A DNA stretch of 64,000 bases from Sphaerodactylus townsendi. Its lineage: Eukaryota. Where the stretch lies: the NCBI RefSeq assembly GCF_021028975.2, contig NC_059430.1, forward strand, positions 42,656,001 to 42,720,000, in the 5' to 3' direction. The position numbers and the translations under genes are program-made. This document shows, piece by piece, positions 37,230 through 50,249 of the stretch (position 1 is its first letter; each line of letters begins with the position of its first letter). The notes beneath the pieces were generated by a model. The model was not told the DNA's origin and did no database searches. It was given only the letters and a program-made list of their open reading frames with translations.

Positions 37230-39625
37230 GAAGAATGATGAAAGCTGAGACACCAGACTAAGATGTATCTACCCTATTCAGGAACCAGTGGTCACTTCAG
37301 CAGAAGAGAACTGACTATTCTAACAGTGATGGGGGCAGAGGAATCCTTGAAGGGTAGTTCCTGGCCAACAGCAGCAGTGGAAACTGACACCGGCAGAGGA
37401 ACTTTCATAGACAACAGCAGTTACAATTAAGCACAGACCACAGCAGTGATAAGCAAACTCAGGCTAGTACTGCTCAGAAGAAGGCAATGGTAAACTACTT
37501 CTCATATCTCAGAAACTCTTTGATGAGACAATCCAAAATGAAAGAAGATACAATAATAGAAGACAGGATCCCCAAGTTGGAAGAGATTCAAAGCACAAAT
37601 AGTGTTGTTCTTAATAATGCAACAGGATTAAAGCTGAAAGGACATTGAGCTGCCAATGTGAACAGATGCAAAATAAAGTCCAAGCTATATGACATGTATA
37701 TAGCAACATGGAATGTGAGAAGTATAAATTAGGTAAACTAAAAATTGTAAAAATGAGCATGGAACGTTTACACATTGTAATCCTGTGAAAGGACATTTTC
37801 AGTCAGAAAGTTACAAGTGTTTTACTCTGAAAATAACAAACTCTGAAGGAACAGTGTTGCTCTTATAGTGAGGCAAGATATAGCACATGTAAACAAAAAT
37901 TATATAATGCAAAGTCTGACGAATAATATCAATCAGACTTCAGGGAAAGTCTCTCAACATAAACATCATTCAATTTTATGCCCCAACTACAGATGCTGAA
38001 GAGAAAGAAATTGAAAGCTTTTGTGCAAATATCCACGAAGAAATTGATCACACACTGCAACAAGATACCATGATCATCATAGGTGACTGGAACACAATGA
38101 GACAAAGCAGAATCACATATGGTCAGAACATTTGAACAAAGTTTATAAAAAGAAGCAGGACAGCAATTCGAAGCATTTTGTAAAGCCAACAATTTGTTTG
38201 CTGTAAACAAATGTTTTAGGCAACCAAACAAATGCTTATATACATGGATATCACCAGATGGCCAAAACACAAGTAAAATCAATTACATAATCAGAAGCAG
38301 AAGATGCAAGATCAAGAGTTAATAATGGTATAGACAATGAATTTATTAATATAAAGCAATCAGAATAAAGCAGAAGAAAAACACTAAACCCCAGTGCTCA
38401 AATATAAATAATTCTGGAAGATTTTAAAGACCATATAAAGAACAATTTGCATTACTAAATTCAGCTGGATGTGAACTAGAAAAACTATGGGGTGAAATAA
38501 TAGATTTTTGAAGGAAGAATGACCAAAGACTATTCCTGAAGCCAAAAGAAATTAAAAGCCTTGATGGATGCCTGATGATACACGTAAAAGACAGATGAGG
38601 AGCAAAAGTAAAAGATAACAGGGATGGAATCAGAATTCTTAATGCAGCTTTTCAGTGACAATTATAATAATGACTGCAAAGAAACAGAAGAGAACAACAA
38701 AAAATGAAGAACAAGAGATCTGTTCTACGAGATCAAAGGAAAATTCAAACCACAACCAGAATACTGGAAAATCAGCAAGGAAATGCATTAACTGTTCAGG
38801 ACAAAATAAAGAAAAGATGGTAATAATACACTGAAGATATATACAGAAGACATGAAAGGATGACAGATTTCTTCAAAGAAGAATTTTTTGATGAAGAACC
38901 TGAAGTTTTAGAAAGCAAAGTGGAAGCTGAACCCAAAGCAATTGCAAGAAGCAAATTACCAGGAATAGATGGAGTAACCAGAGGTATTTCAAGTTACAGA
39001 AAGTGAGTCCATCAAAATATTAACAAGAATATGCCAACAAATATGGATTTTCCATTCCTTGGCTCAATAGTCAGCCAAAAGGGAGACTGCAAACAAGAAA
39101 TCAGGAGGAAACTGAGTCTTGGAAGGACAGCCATAAAGGAGCTAGGAAAGAACCTGAAGTATTAGGAAGTGTTCTTGGAAACTGTCAAGGTATGGTATTC
39201 TCCACTATAAATGGATGCAAAAGTTTAACAATGAAGAAAGCAGACAGAAAGAAAATTGTTCAGTTGAAATATGGTATTGGAGGAGAGTTGCGGATATCAT
39301 GGACTATCAAAACAACAAATACATGGGTTCTATGTCAAACCAAGGCTAAATTTTCCCTATAACCTAAATAATTAAACTGAAGCTATAGTACTCCAGTCAT
39401 ATCATGAGAAGAAAAGACTCACAGGAAAGAAAATAACGCTAGGAAAAGTTGAAGGCAGTAGGAAAGGAGTTGCATTTAAGATGAGCTGGATTGGCTCAAT
39501 AAAAGAACCCACAGCCTTCAGTTTGCAATATCAGTTGGCTATATCAAGGACAGGATGCTTTGGAGGTCATTGATGCATAGGGCTGCCATAAATTGGCAGC
39601 AACTTAACAGGATTTAACATACCCA
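37230..39625 (+). mobile_element. Decayed RTE/BovB-like LINE with internal deletion of most of RT
   Basis: Endonuclease remnants (TWNVRS, YAPTT, IIGDWN, YTWISPDG), linker, then an abrupt jump at ~39045 to the C-terminal region (FLGS, GKVEG..K) and RTE-type 3' end. Confidence 0.78.
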
Positions 39626-40246
39626 CTGCATGCAGGAAGTATATGACATAATGAAATCAGCATGCCTATGTTAAGAAAAAGGAGTACTAGGTAGAAGTGT
39701 GATATTTATGGTACTAATTAATCTTTGCCCTGGCATTGACAGTAGGAAAGAATTAACACATTGGAAGAGGGAGGTAAGATCAAGAAATAGAAGAACAAAT
39801 GAGAATAAAGGATAAGAAGAAATCTGAAAGGAAAGGAAAGTTTGCTTGTGGATATTCCTCCCAGTAGGTTGCGTGGCAATGCTCATCAATAAAGAGAAGA
39901 TAAAGATAACCATATAAATGCCCCACTCTGACCCAATTTCCAAGTGGATAGGTGTCTGGTAATGGACAGAGGAGAGAATCCAGAGGAACCAAAGAACTGA
40001 AGGCAAAGCACTTTGTGTTCACAGTGGCGAAGTAACAATTAAAAAACAACAATCTAGCAGTGCACATCTGTAAAGGAACACTCTCCAAAGTTTCTCTTTG
40101 CTCCATCAGCACCCATTGTTGCTCAGTGCTATCCATGGGTTTCCACAGAAGAGCTACTACTTGACAACAACATTGATATACTTTTCTTTTTACACATGCA
40201 CAGAACCACATACATGTACACATTTGAGGTAGAAAGGAGTTTTTAC

Positions 40247-40335
40247 CTGTATTAACAGGTGCCTGAAAAGTAGTTGGTGTGCTGTCACCTGTATTTCTCT
40301 TGGACTCTAGCATCTGTCTCACTGTGCCAGCATTT
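40247..40335 (-). CDS. ATF7IP: ATF7IP internal exon (89 nt)
   Basis: ccacag|A...ACAG|gtaaaa; (R)NAGTVRQMLESKRNTGDSTPTTFQAPVNT. Confidence 0.94.
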
Positions 40336-41013
40336 CTGTGGAATACAAATGTGTGTTAATAGTACCATGAGAAGCTGAAGCAGAGAAAAAATTATTCCAG
40401 AGTTTTTTGTCATCAGAGTTTTCCATATTTATGTGAACCAAAAGCTTTTTTACTTTTTTATTTCATTCAGAAAAGAATCAGGAAAAAAACCCAAAGAAAA
40501 AAGAATATAGTCTTCAGGAGTCTTGATTCTCTGGAAAATAACAGTACAGGAACCATTCCTAGTTTTGAACATAACAGTACATCGGACTTAGTATGTCCTT
40601 GCATTGGAGACATGGAAGGCATCCTTGATTGCTAGAGGTTTCTCTCATCAGCTTTGGAGGCAAGGGCCCTTTATGAATGCACTACTTACTCCATGGCTGT
40701 TTGCTTTGCAGGGAATTTTTTCTACTACAAAATGCCCCTAGCTGAGTCAATCTACCTTTTCACGTGTCCCATTTCCATGTTTTCTCCATGCAACCTCCTG
40801 CTGTCTATTTTGGTGTTGTCTGTGGTCTAGCATTAATTTGCTAGACCATGTAAATGTTATTTCAATTTCAGGGTCTATTGCTCTAGTGATGGAAAACAAA
40901 TAGCCTTTTCAATCCTTCTGAAGTGGTGGCTGGAATAGTACAAGAAACTGTTGTTGTGGGGATGGGGGGAAGGAGCAAGAAAACTTGAAGGAAGTAAAAT
41001 GCATGCTGTGAAG

Positions 41014-41197
41014 AAGTGGTTCTCAATTTGTGGTTCGTGACCCCTTTGGGGGTTGAATGATCCTTTCAAGGGGTCGCCTAAGACTCTCTGCATCAGTGTT
41101 CTCCATTTGTAAAATGGATAAATGTTAGGGTTGGAGTCATCACAACATGAAGAACTGTATTAAAGGGTCATGGCATTAGGAAGATTGAGAACCACTG
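41014..41197 (+). mobile_element. SPIN (Space Invader) non-autonomous hAT MITE
   Basis: (A)AGTGGTTCTCAA..TGTGG.TCGTGACCCCTTTGGGGGT 5' end and CACAACATGAAGAACTGTATTAAAGGGTC..GGCATTAGGAAGATTGAGAACCACTG 3' end as in the SPIN consensus; perfect TSD CTGTGAAG. Confidence 0.88.
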
Positions 41198-42361
41198 CTG
41201 TGAAGGGAGAAGAAAAGTCACACTTTCAGAGCTTGCAGAAACCACAGCAATTCTCGAATATAAAAGCACGGTGACTGCTGAAGAGGGGGCAATGTATGCA
41301 TATCTGAGATTCCAAGCCAAAAGGAATATATGATCAGTGTGAAGTAGAATGTGTAAATGGTTAAGGACAAAGTTGCAACATCATCGCCATGCATCCTCCT
41401 CCTCCGTTTAAGTTTCCACAGTTGCAACCTTCCTAACTAAAAGTCTGCTCATTACATCAAAAGCTAACTATTCATAGACAGCATAAATAAGTGTGTGTGT
41501 GTGAAAAAAAATGAAAATTGTGCCATATTGTGTCCTACAAAAATAAATTTAGAGAACAAAAGGATTCATAAAGTCCAAATCTAATTTGTGACTTTTCGTC
41601 TTCCACCTGAGGTAGATTGGGTCTAGGTGGAAGACTGGAACCTGAATAATTTACAGATGTACTGGTCTTTCCTGTGGCTTCAAGATTATTGCAATGTGCT
41701 CTCCTTGGGGGCTGTGGCTAGATTGCTGGCCAGGACCAGATATTGGGAGCACTGGACCCTCATACTAAAGCAATACACTGGTATCCGATCCACTCCCAAG
41801 CCCAATTCAAGGTGCTACTTTTATCCCTTATAGCTCTCCAATGCCTGTGAATTAAGATCACAAGGAGCTCTTGACTATTTCACGAATCAAAGAAACTTGT
41901 CTGGTGGGTGTACAAGAGAGGGCCTACCTAGTCTACTCCTGAGCATTCATATAGAGTGAAAAATCTTTCTGCATGACAAACTAGGAATTTCAAAACAATA
42001 TGCTATCATCCTGAAGATCATTACCTTCTGTAACTACTCAAGTGGAGTCAGTTGACATCACCTCAACCTGTTCACTGATAATCATGTCTATTAACTATCT
42101 ACGGACTTTGACAGTCATGTCTGTTCTGACTAATACACATAGGTCTGAACAGTGTAGATAAATTCCAATGATTTTTTAAAATAAAAAATTCAGGATTTTA
42201 AAAAAGTAAATCCTTTTTTATTTAAATTAGATTTTGTTTGGTAAAATGCTTTCTGAAGAAAAATCTATACAAAGATATTTTTCTATTTAAGATACATTAC
42301 AGGAAGGATATATAGAGGCAAAATTTTAGAACAGCATCTAATTTGAAAAGACTGAATCTAA

Positions 42362-42854
42362 GGCCCTTTCTGCACGGGGCCAAAAACAACGGCCCAGGGA
42401 TGGAAAAACACTGGTCCCTGGGGAGCTGTTCGCACAGGCAGAACTGCTGCAACGCAGCAGCGCCGTCCTGTGCGGCCCTGAGCAAAGGCGCCGCTTTCTA
42501 TCTCCCTTCCCGAGGGAGGTTTTTGGAAAGCGTCACCTTCCCATCAGCGTGGTGCGAACAGCACCGCACCAACGACGCTGCTTCCCCCCCCCACTCACCT
42601 CGTCCTCCAGCGTCTGTCTGGAGGGCTGCTGAGACCCGCCCACGCTGCCCTCCGACCCCTGGAGGTCAGAGGGCAGCATGGGCGGATCCCTGCATCCATC
42701 CAGACCGACGCTGGAGGACGAGGTGAGTGGGGGGGGAACGCAGAAGAGCCTCTGAGGGGGCCGCTCGCACGCTCCCATGTGAATGGCCCCCTCCCCTCCA
42801 CTGGCATAATTTCTGCGGGTGGAGAGGCACCCTTTCCACCTTGCGGAAAGGGCT
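42362..42854. mobile_element. Harbinger-type GC-rich MITE with internal palindrome
   Basis: TIR GGCCCTTTCTGCA / TGCGGAAAGGGCT; TAA TSD; inverted arms ~42585-42655 / 42665-42740. Confidence 0.8.
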
Positions 42855-43469
42855 TAAAAGAAAAGGGCGTGTTCTCTTGGATGCACCAAGCACAGATCTA
42901 TTGCAAAGAGTGTAATAAATACTTATTTCTATGTAAAAAGAGAAGTCTAAGATGAAACAGAAGATGGATCACAATGACAAATTTATGGGGGAGGTGGCAG
43001 AAGATCTTAAAGGAATGGTTACAAACCTGAAAAAGTAACAGAAAATATTAAAACATCGAGATAAAACTTGACATCAATATGAAAGTAATTCTGCGCTAGG
43101 CGAAGGGACTGCTTTGGTTTGATCTGATGCAAAGAATGTGCTTTGAGAAAAAGAGCTCTTCTGGAAAAGGACAAAGATCTTCAAAATAATTTATTCCAGA
43201 ATTGGAAATATTTATGTCTCTTTCTATTGAAGAAATGGAACTCACTGTTGACCAAATCTACCGGATGAAGTCAGTGGCAGCAAAAATAAGAATCTCCCCC
43301 AAGATTGTGTGATATATTTGACTCTAAGATCACTAAAAAAAGACATTCTTAGTTTGCACTATTAAAAAAAGATGAAATATCAAGGTCAGGATTTGATAAT
43401 AATGACAGAACTGCCATGAGAAATACTACTAAAAAGATTCAAAATGTGATTCTGTCATTTAAGTCCAGG

Positions 43470-44460
43470 ATACAGTTCACGCAGCTGTGAAGTTGTTGCA
43501 GTGAACCTGCTGGATAAAGCGTGTCAAAGAAATTGATCAGCATACAATAAGGTTTGAGTGTAAAATTGCCAACCTAACTCCACAATGACCCTGTTATATA
43601 TGCTTGTTAAATAGCAGAAGAGAATGTCTTTGCAGAAACAATTGATATATCAGAAAATGCATACACAGTGGAATTCTGACAAGAAATAGTAGTAAAAACT
43701 ACAAAAGCAGTTTGGTCAAAGATGAGAAGAAATTTAGAAGAGAATGAAGACAATAACATATGGCTTCAGTACTCATCTGATGTATCTCTTAGCCAAAGAC
43801 TTTAGTGCTCCAGAAAGAAAGGTTATTGTTGTTCAAATTGCTGAATACTTCTATAACATCGATTGTTACAGCAGCTGCTTTGTAATGGGTGGACCAAGCT
43901 AAGTCTCCCACAAGATGTTAGATGGAACAATATAATTTACTGTTTTGAGTAATATACCAAGAACTGGCCTATTCTGATACAATTTTGTGAACAAGTAGAT
44001 GGCACGATCATGGCCCAAAGCCTTCATGTTGGGCTTAAGAGAATTGTTGAATATATGATAAACATTCTGAGTCCCATTTCAGAAGCTTTAAACAAAGCAC
44101 AGAAAAATAGCTGTTTTATTACTGTTGCGGTTGAAATTTAGAAGGAACTAAGAGAGCATTTAAAAACCAAACTCTGCCGTGACAGAATTAAATTGTAAGC
44201 ATTAAAAAAATGAATGGGACGAACACCATTTCCAGCTCATTTTCTCGCAAATATTGTCAATAATCAGTACCAAAGTCAAACCTTAAGTGCTGAAGAAGAG
44301 TTAGCTATGATACAGTTATCCCGCGATCATCCATTCTTAATGCCAACTATAACATCAGATCTGGTGGCGAACCATTCAAGAAACATAGATTTGCTGATGA
44401 TGTTTTAAAGAAAGTCACAACACTGAGCTGGTGGAAGTCACTTAAATACTTGGATGGGCA
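43470..44460 (+). mobile_element. Decayed hAT transposase fragment
   Basis: Remnant motifs YG.STHLMYLLAKDF, VQIAEYF, LPQDVRWN; related subterminal GATTTTT-AAATC repeats at ~42170-42240. Confidence 0.6.
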
Positions 44461-44690
44461 GTGCAATTCAGGGAGGGTGCAGCTGCGTTACACTGGGATG
44501 GACATGTTAAGTGAAGCTGCGACTGTCCATATCTCCATAGTTGATGAAAGGGATGTCCATCAAAGATGTCCTCCTATGAAAGAGAATTCTTAAGAGAACT
44601 AATACAAATTATTTATCTTTCTAACAGCAGCAAGGGATAAAAATGCACAACAAACTTACTCATAGGCAATATTATATTCGCAAATCTTAC

Positions 44691-44764
44691 CTATATGCCG
44701 CGCTGTTAATGCCGCCTGTGTCGCCCACTGTTTTTCCTGGGGATTGAGGTGTGCTTTGTGGATT
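44691..44764 (-). CDS. ATF7IP: ATF7IP internal exon (74 nt)
   Basis: ttatag|AAT...TATAG|gtaaga; NPQSTPQSPGKTVGDTGGINSAAY(R). Confidence 0.9.
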
Positions 44765-44949
44765 CTATAAAGTAACAGAAGTCAAAGTGAGACCAATGGC
44801 CTCCATATTCATATATGTTTGTTCTATTCACCAAACATACTTTTCTTTTCCCTTTCAATAACTTAACATATTTCTACTTGATGAATCTGGGATCCCAATA
44901 TAAACTACTGGTAAATCTGCTTGCACCACCACAGCTGTGATTTGTAATG

Positions 44950-45590
44950 CTGCACTACCCTCCCTTGAACTTGCCAGTAATTTCAAGGAGAAACAATATT
45001 AAGATTTTAAAACCATGCAGAGATCGAACAAAGAAACAACAGAGAAAAAACACAAAAGGTACATATAATGGGGAAAGGGGGGGGCTCCCAATTTTGACTG
45101 CATCAAGTATAAACATACCTTTAAGACTCACTACTGGATCTCTGATTATAACATTCTTAATTATTATTATTAATAATAACCTTCACACTTTTCTCTATTA
45201 TATCTATTATATTTATTTATTATATTTATATACCGCCCTCCCCCGGAGTTTCTTGTTCTTCTATTCCTCAAATTCACAAATCATCAAATCACTTTTTTAT
45301 TTTTTACACAAAAAGTCTATCAGGGTTGACAATTATTAAACAATTTAAGTAAGTTCTTTTCTCTAATCAACGACATAAATTTAGCCATCATTACATTCAA
45401 CAACATCACAAACCATTCTTCTAATATAGGTATAGCTAAAGTTTCCCATTTTTGCTGGTGATAATATTTTTGTTGGGGATGTCTGACCATAAGTCCCAAA
45501 AGAGAAAACTCTGGTTTCATTTGTATATTAGTTCGTAAAATTTTCTGAATTGTTAAATGCATTTTTATCCCTTTTTTTAGCTTTGTTACA
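44950..45590 (-). mobile_element. L1 3' fragment
   Basis: ORF2 C-terminal-like remnant (MKPEFSLLGL, QKWE..IP.LEEW, MAKFMSLIR) on - strand. Confidence 0.6.
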
Positions 45591-46062
45591 AATCTCATAT
45601 GTCCCGAGTCATGCCCTCCGCTCAGCGGAGGTAAATCTGCTGGTGGTCCCCGCCCCCTCCATGATGCGGCTGGCCTCCACGCGGGCCAGGGCATTTACTG
45701 CCCTGGCCCCTGCCTGGTGGAACGCTCTTCCCCCAGCAGTTAGGGCCCTGCAGGACCTTGGAGAGTTCCGCAGGGCCTGCAAAAGTGTGTTGTTCCACCG
45801 GGCTTTTGGGGGGGCCGGCCGCTGAGCCTGCCTCCTTTTGCTGCCCTGCGCACTGGCTATATATTTGACCATCTGCCAACCCCCTCCTTCCCAGGGTTTG
45901 ATCACTGGGGTCTGATGCCAGACGTCTCTTATTATTAATCACTTATTGAAGGTTACTGCTGCTATAGTTTTAAGGTTTTGTATTATTTTAATTGGGGCTA
46001 TTCGATTTGTTTTATTGTGTTGTTATTTGTTGTTGTACACCGCCCTGAGCCCTCTGGGGGTA
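45590..46062 (+). mobile_element. L2 LINE 3' end (young)
   Basis: YVPSHALRS...RAFTALAPAWWNALP...FRRACKSVLF; 3' CGCCCTGAGCCC end running into the gap. Confidence 0.8.
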
Positions 46063-46202
46063 NNNNNNNNNNNNNNNNNNNNNNNNNNNNNNNNNNNNNN
46101 NNNNNNNNNNNNNNNNNNNNNNNNNNNNNNNNNNNNNNNNNNNNNNNNNNNNNNNNNNNNNNNNNNNNNNNNNNNNNNNNNNNNNNNNNNNNNNNNNNNN
46201 NN
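46063..46202. other. Assembly gap (140 N)
   Basis: Run of N. Confidence 1.
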
Positions 46203-46723
46203 CTTTACTATTTATTTAAAACAGTAAGAAATTAAGCCTCTTTTCATATAGATGAGAACCCTGCACTTCATGGGTTACATATTATGAAGTTTTTTAAAAT
46301 AACATTTCTACTCTCATAAAACACACCTGCAATGATTCAAAGGAAAATGCTCAATTATATAGCATCAGCATGTCCTGACAAATCATACTTGATATTAATG
46401 AAGTATACAAATCATCCACAGATCACCAAGCCACAGCTAAATTTTAATGAGGCCACTGCTGGACAAGACCCACACCTCAATACAGTCACTTTTTGTCTGC
46501 TCTAAACTTCCAAAAGATATTCTCTCCTCATTGCAATTTACAGAAATTTCCTCTTCCCTATTTCATCCCAAAATAATATCAAATTATTTCCTAAAATTCT
46601 ACGGACTTTTTTTTAATGAAAAAGGATTGGTTTCATTCCAGTAAGATCCAAAATTATCCCCATCAAGGTAATTACTTTGTTTTTAACAGTAAAAAGAAAA
46701 ATAACATAAAGTTCTGGCCTTAC

Positions 46724-46789
46724 ATCAGATCTTTTTTTCAGATCTTCTTTAACTGTTCCATAACGTTTTGTCAATCTTGCAATTTTAGC
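46724..46789 (-). CDS. ATF7IP: ATF7IP exon (66 nt), end of SETDB1-binding coiled coil
   Basis: ttcaag|GCT...GAT|gtaagg; AKIARLTKRYGTVKEDLKKRSD. Confidence 0.93.
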
Positions 46790-47419
46790 CTTGAAGAAGG
46801 GAGAGAAGAATAAGACATTAAGTATGTACTCAGTTTATCTTAAGTTCAGATTTATTTAGTCATTTGTTGATCAACACAAAAGCTTTTTAAAAACCCTGTA
46901 ATAAACAAAGAATGCCCCCCTTACAACCAACTATAGAAAACATATTTACAAACATAAGTACAGATTTCCAAGTATGTTCTTATTCATTTTTTTTGCATTT
47001 TTACTTTTATTTTACATATATATGTAATATATCTATATGTAGAGAATAATAATATATAACTGTAAAGTTCTTTCATGATCTGTGGCTATAACAGCCCTTC
47101 ACAAAATGCAATAGTTTAAGTAAAAGAGCAGTCTGCCACTGAAAAGGCATCATTATTATTAATTGGTACAGAATTTTCCTAATAAGGAAAAATGACAACA
47201 GCCCAATCCAGAGGGCTGCAGTGGCAGGGGATGGTGCTGCTGCCACACCGCCTCCAGAGGGGATCCAAGCAGTGAATCCTGCCACTATATGTCTTCCAAA
47301 CTTACAAGGGAACAAGCCAGATTTTAACAGGTGCACAGTTTTAAATTATATCTGGGTCCTACTTTAAACAGCAGTGAGACCTAACTTCACTGAGAACAGC
47401 CTACAATTTTTATATTTTA

Positions 47420-47730
47420 TATATTCTGAGGGACCCGTCTCATCCAGCACACTCTCTTTTTAAACTGCTACCATCTGGCAGACGATACAGGGCCCTCAGA
47501 ACTAGGACAAAGAGGTTTAGAGACAGCTTCTACTCTAGAGCTGTGGCTATGCTAAACTCCGCTGCTTCATATTGATGTATTTGGGGCTGTGTAGGGATGG
47601 GTGGAGGATGATGATGTATGAGTCTGAAATTGTGTGCATCGAGGAATGCTGCTGTAAATTTCGTTGTGCGTGCACAATGACAATAAAATGCTTATGCTTA
47701 TGCTTAAAATGCTTATGCTTATGCTTTATA
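47420..47730 (+). mobile_element. Rex1/Babar LINE 3' end
   Basis: DPSHPAHSLFKLLPSGRRYRALRTRTKRFRDSFYSRAVAMLN; AATAAA then (ATGCTT)n tail. Confidence 0.8.
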
Positions 47731-48043
47731 TTTCATTGTAGTAATTCTCTTCCAGTGATCTACATGCACAATTGATTGCACTTGTCTTGCAGATTTCCCA
47801 TCAGTCTTGGTTATCCTGAACTGAGATGACTGTCTTATGAGTGCCCATGACTCATGAATCCTTATTTTCTGTTCTTACCAGGGCAACCGACAAGAGTAAA
47901 AACTGAGTTTCTATTTTGTCTATAGCTGACATGTGGCCTGCTTGTAAAGTTTAATTTCTGAGGATAAACAAAGTATGCATGAGAAAAAAAGAACATATAA
48001 TGAGGGAAAGCTAAAATGACTTTTAATTTTTAAACACACATAC

Positions 48044-48181
48044 CTGTAGTTCATTAAGGGCAACTTTATGTCTCTTGTTACATTCAACCTTATCTACTCT
48101 AGTTTTCAGATCTGCTAGCGATTTATCAAAGATTGTATACTGCAGGGCACTAAACTTTTCTTCAAGAAACCTCTGGATAAT
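48044..48181 (-). CDS. ATF7IP: ATF7IP exon (138 nt), SETDB1-binding domain
   Basis: ttacag|ATT...CAG|gtatgt; IIQRFLEEKFSALQYTIFDKSLADLKTRVDKVECNKRHKVALNELQ. Confidence 0.95.
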
Positions 48182-48584
48182 CTGTAAAAACATAAAGAAT
48201 AAATTACAGGGTTACCATTTGATGCACAATACAGTCAGTATATTCAATATGCCACCATTATTAAAAGCAGATTATATTTATTTGAAAAAAATTATGTACA
48301 TCAGAATTGAATACAAAGTAATGATGGCACTTACTATATTTTTTCATGTCTATAATAATTTAGGACACAGGTTTTAAGGAGATGGTTACTGTGTGCATAA
48401 GGAATTTACACATACACACACACACTGATTCACCCTATATGTCTACTTCCTTTATTTTGCTGCCTGCTCACCTTGACCACTTTCAGGGTACAACCAGATA
48501 TCCACTGAGAAGAACATAGACTCATGCTGTGTACCAATGTTCCTTGCTCTCTCAGTAGAGAATGATATTCTGCCCCAGGATTCC

Positions 48585-48880
48585 TAGTGGCATAGGAGGT
48601 TAAGAGCTCATGTATCTAATCTGGAGGAACCGGGTTTGATTCCCCGTTCTGCTGCCTGAGCTGTGGAGGCTTATCTGGGGAATTCAGATTAGCCTGTACA
48701 CTCCCACACATGCCAGCTGGGTGACCTTGGGCTAGTCACAGCTTCTCGGAACTCTCTCAGCCCCACCCATCTCACAGGGTGTTTGTTGTGAGGGGGGAAG
48801 GCCAAGGAGATTGTACGCCCCTTTGAGTCTCCTACAGGAGAGAAAGGGGGGATATAAATCCAAACTCTTCTTCTTCTTCT
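48585..48880 (+). mobile_element. tRNA-derived squamate SINE
   Basis: Paralogous to 25617-25900; A/B boxes and (CTT)n tail. Confidence 0.82.
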
Positions 48881-49029
48881 AGCTGCAGTACTAGCATCCA
48901 GGTGAATTTTTGGTGATAGGAGACATTTCTGAAGCTAAATTGCACTATTTATTTATTTATTTATTTATTCATTCATTCATTCATTCATTCATTCCACTTT
49001 TATACCGCCCTCCCCCAAAGGGCTCAGAA

Positions 49030-49205
49030 TGCTTTCAAGTTCTGCTGAAGGCTGCCAAGGAAAAAATGATAAAGGAAGTCATGGTCCTCAGTTTACAAGA
49101 TCTAGGCAAGGCTGTAAATAGAAGGACATGTTGGACGTCATTAATTCATTGGGTTGCCATAGGTTGGAGGTTACTTGATGGCACTTACTCCACAACACAC
49201 ATACA
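49030..49205 (+). mobile_element. RTE LINE 3' fragment
   Basis: IKEVMVLSLQDL.KAV..R..W.SLIHWVAIG..LDG, similar to 39480-39620. Confidence 0.6.
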
Positions 49206-49209
49206 TGAT

Positions 49210-49610
49210 CTTTATGAGTTCATCACTGAGCAAAGCATATGTGTCTTCAAAAAACTCCACAACAGTGTCAAAGAAGTTGTAGAAGAATCTCACACAGTTG
49301 CTTTTCAATTGTCAACAAAGTAGAAAATGTTAAAAATTTTAATCATTCTTAACACAGAGCTCCCAGAAAGTCAATAATTGAGAGCATGAGCATTAATTTT
49401 ATTCACTGCATTAATGACAGTGTGCAATGACATGTGCAGACGATCACAAGGAGTGCTGCAACCAAATGTTGTTGATGAATGACACAATCAGTGGTAAAGT
49501 CATTTAGCACTGCTTTTGTCAAATAAGAAACATACCCATGGTAGTGATCAGTCACTGATGGTGCTTCAATGGTATGCACCCTCCATCTTCCAATGGTATG
49601 CACAAGCAAG
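49210..49610 (-). mobile_element. hAT (Charlie/Buster-like) transposase remnant
   Basis: T.EAPS.T..Y.G.VSYL...T.DCVIHQQHLVA resembles the DGAPSM / HCxxHxxxL motifs. Confidence 0.5.
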
Positions 49611-50249
49611 TATGTTAGTAAGTGGAATTTCGTTGTCTTGGAGGAACCTGCTCAACAGCAGAAAATATCTATTCCCCTTTAGTAGCTGTTCTTAGCTGCC
49701 TTACAAATAACAAGTCTTGAGCCAAACTTTCATCTTTTAGAAAGTGCATATAAGCTAGAAGCAAACATTCATGGCCTGGCAATGTTGACTCATCCTGCTG
49801 TAAATCTCAATTACCATGAAAAGGGAGAAGAGGCTAAGTATAATAAGAATTCACACCTAGGACATACCTTACCCAACAGGGCAATAACTGTGTGATTCTG
49901 TTAAAATAATAACTTATTTTTTCTTAAACATCAAAAATCATATTTTGATAGCATATAATCTTTACACAAAAATAGACAGAAGCCTTTGATAAACGAATGC
50001 ATACCTTCTAGGAAGATATGAAAGTCTTTATTAATAAAATTTTGGAAGCTAAACAACATAAGTTTCATAGAGACACTAGTGATTATAACACTGGTTATGT
50101 TTACTTCTGGAAAGCAAAGGACTTCAATATTAAACAGAAACAGTCACTTGGAGGGATACAGACAGCTCTCATTTTTCTACATCTGAGAGCTCTACATTTT
50201 TCTACATCTGACTAGCCTGTGTCAGAATTCCAAAGTTGCCTTTAAGCTC

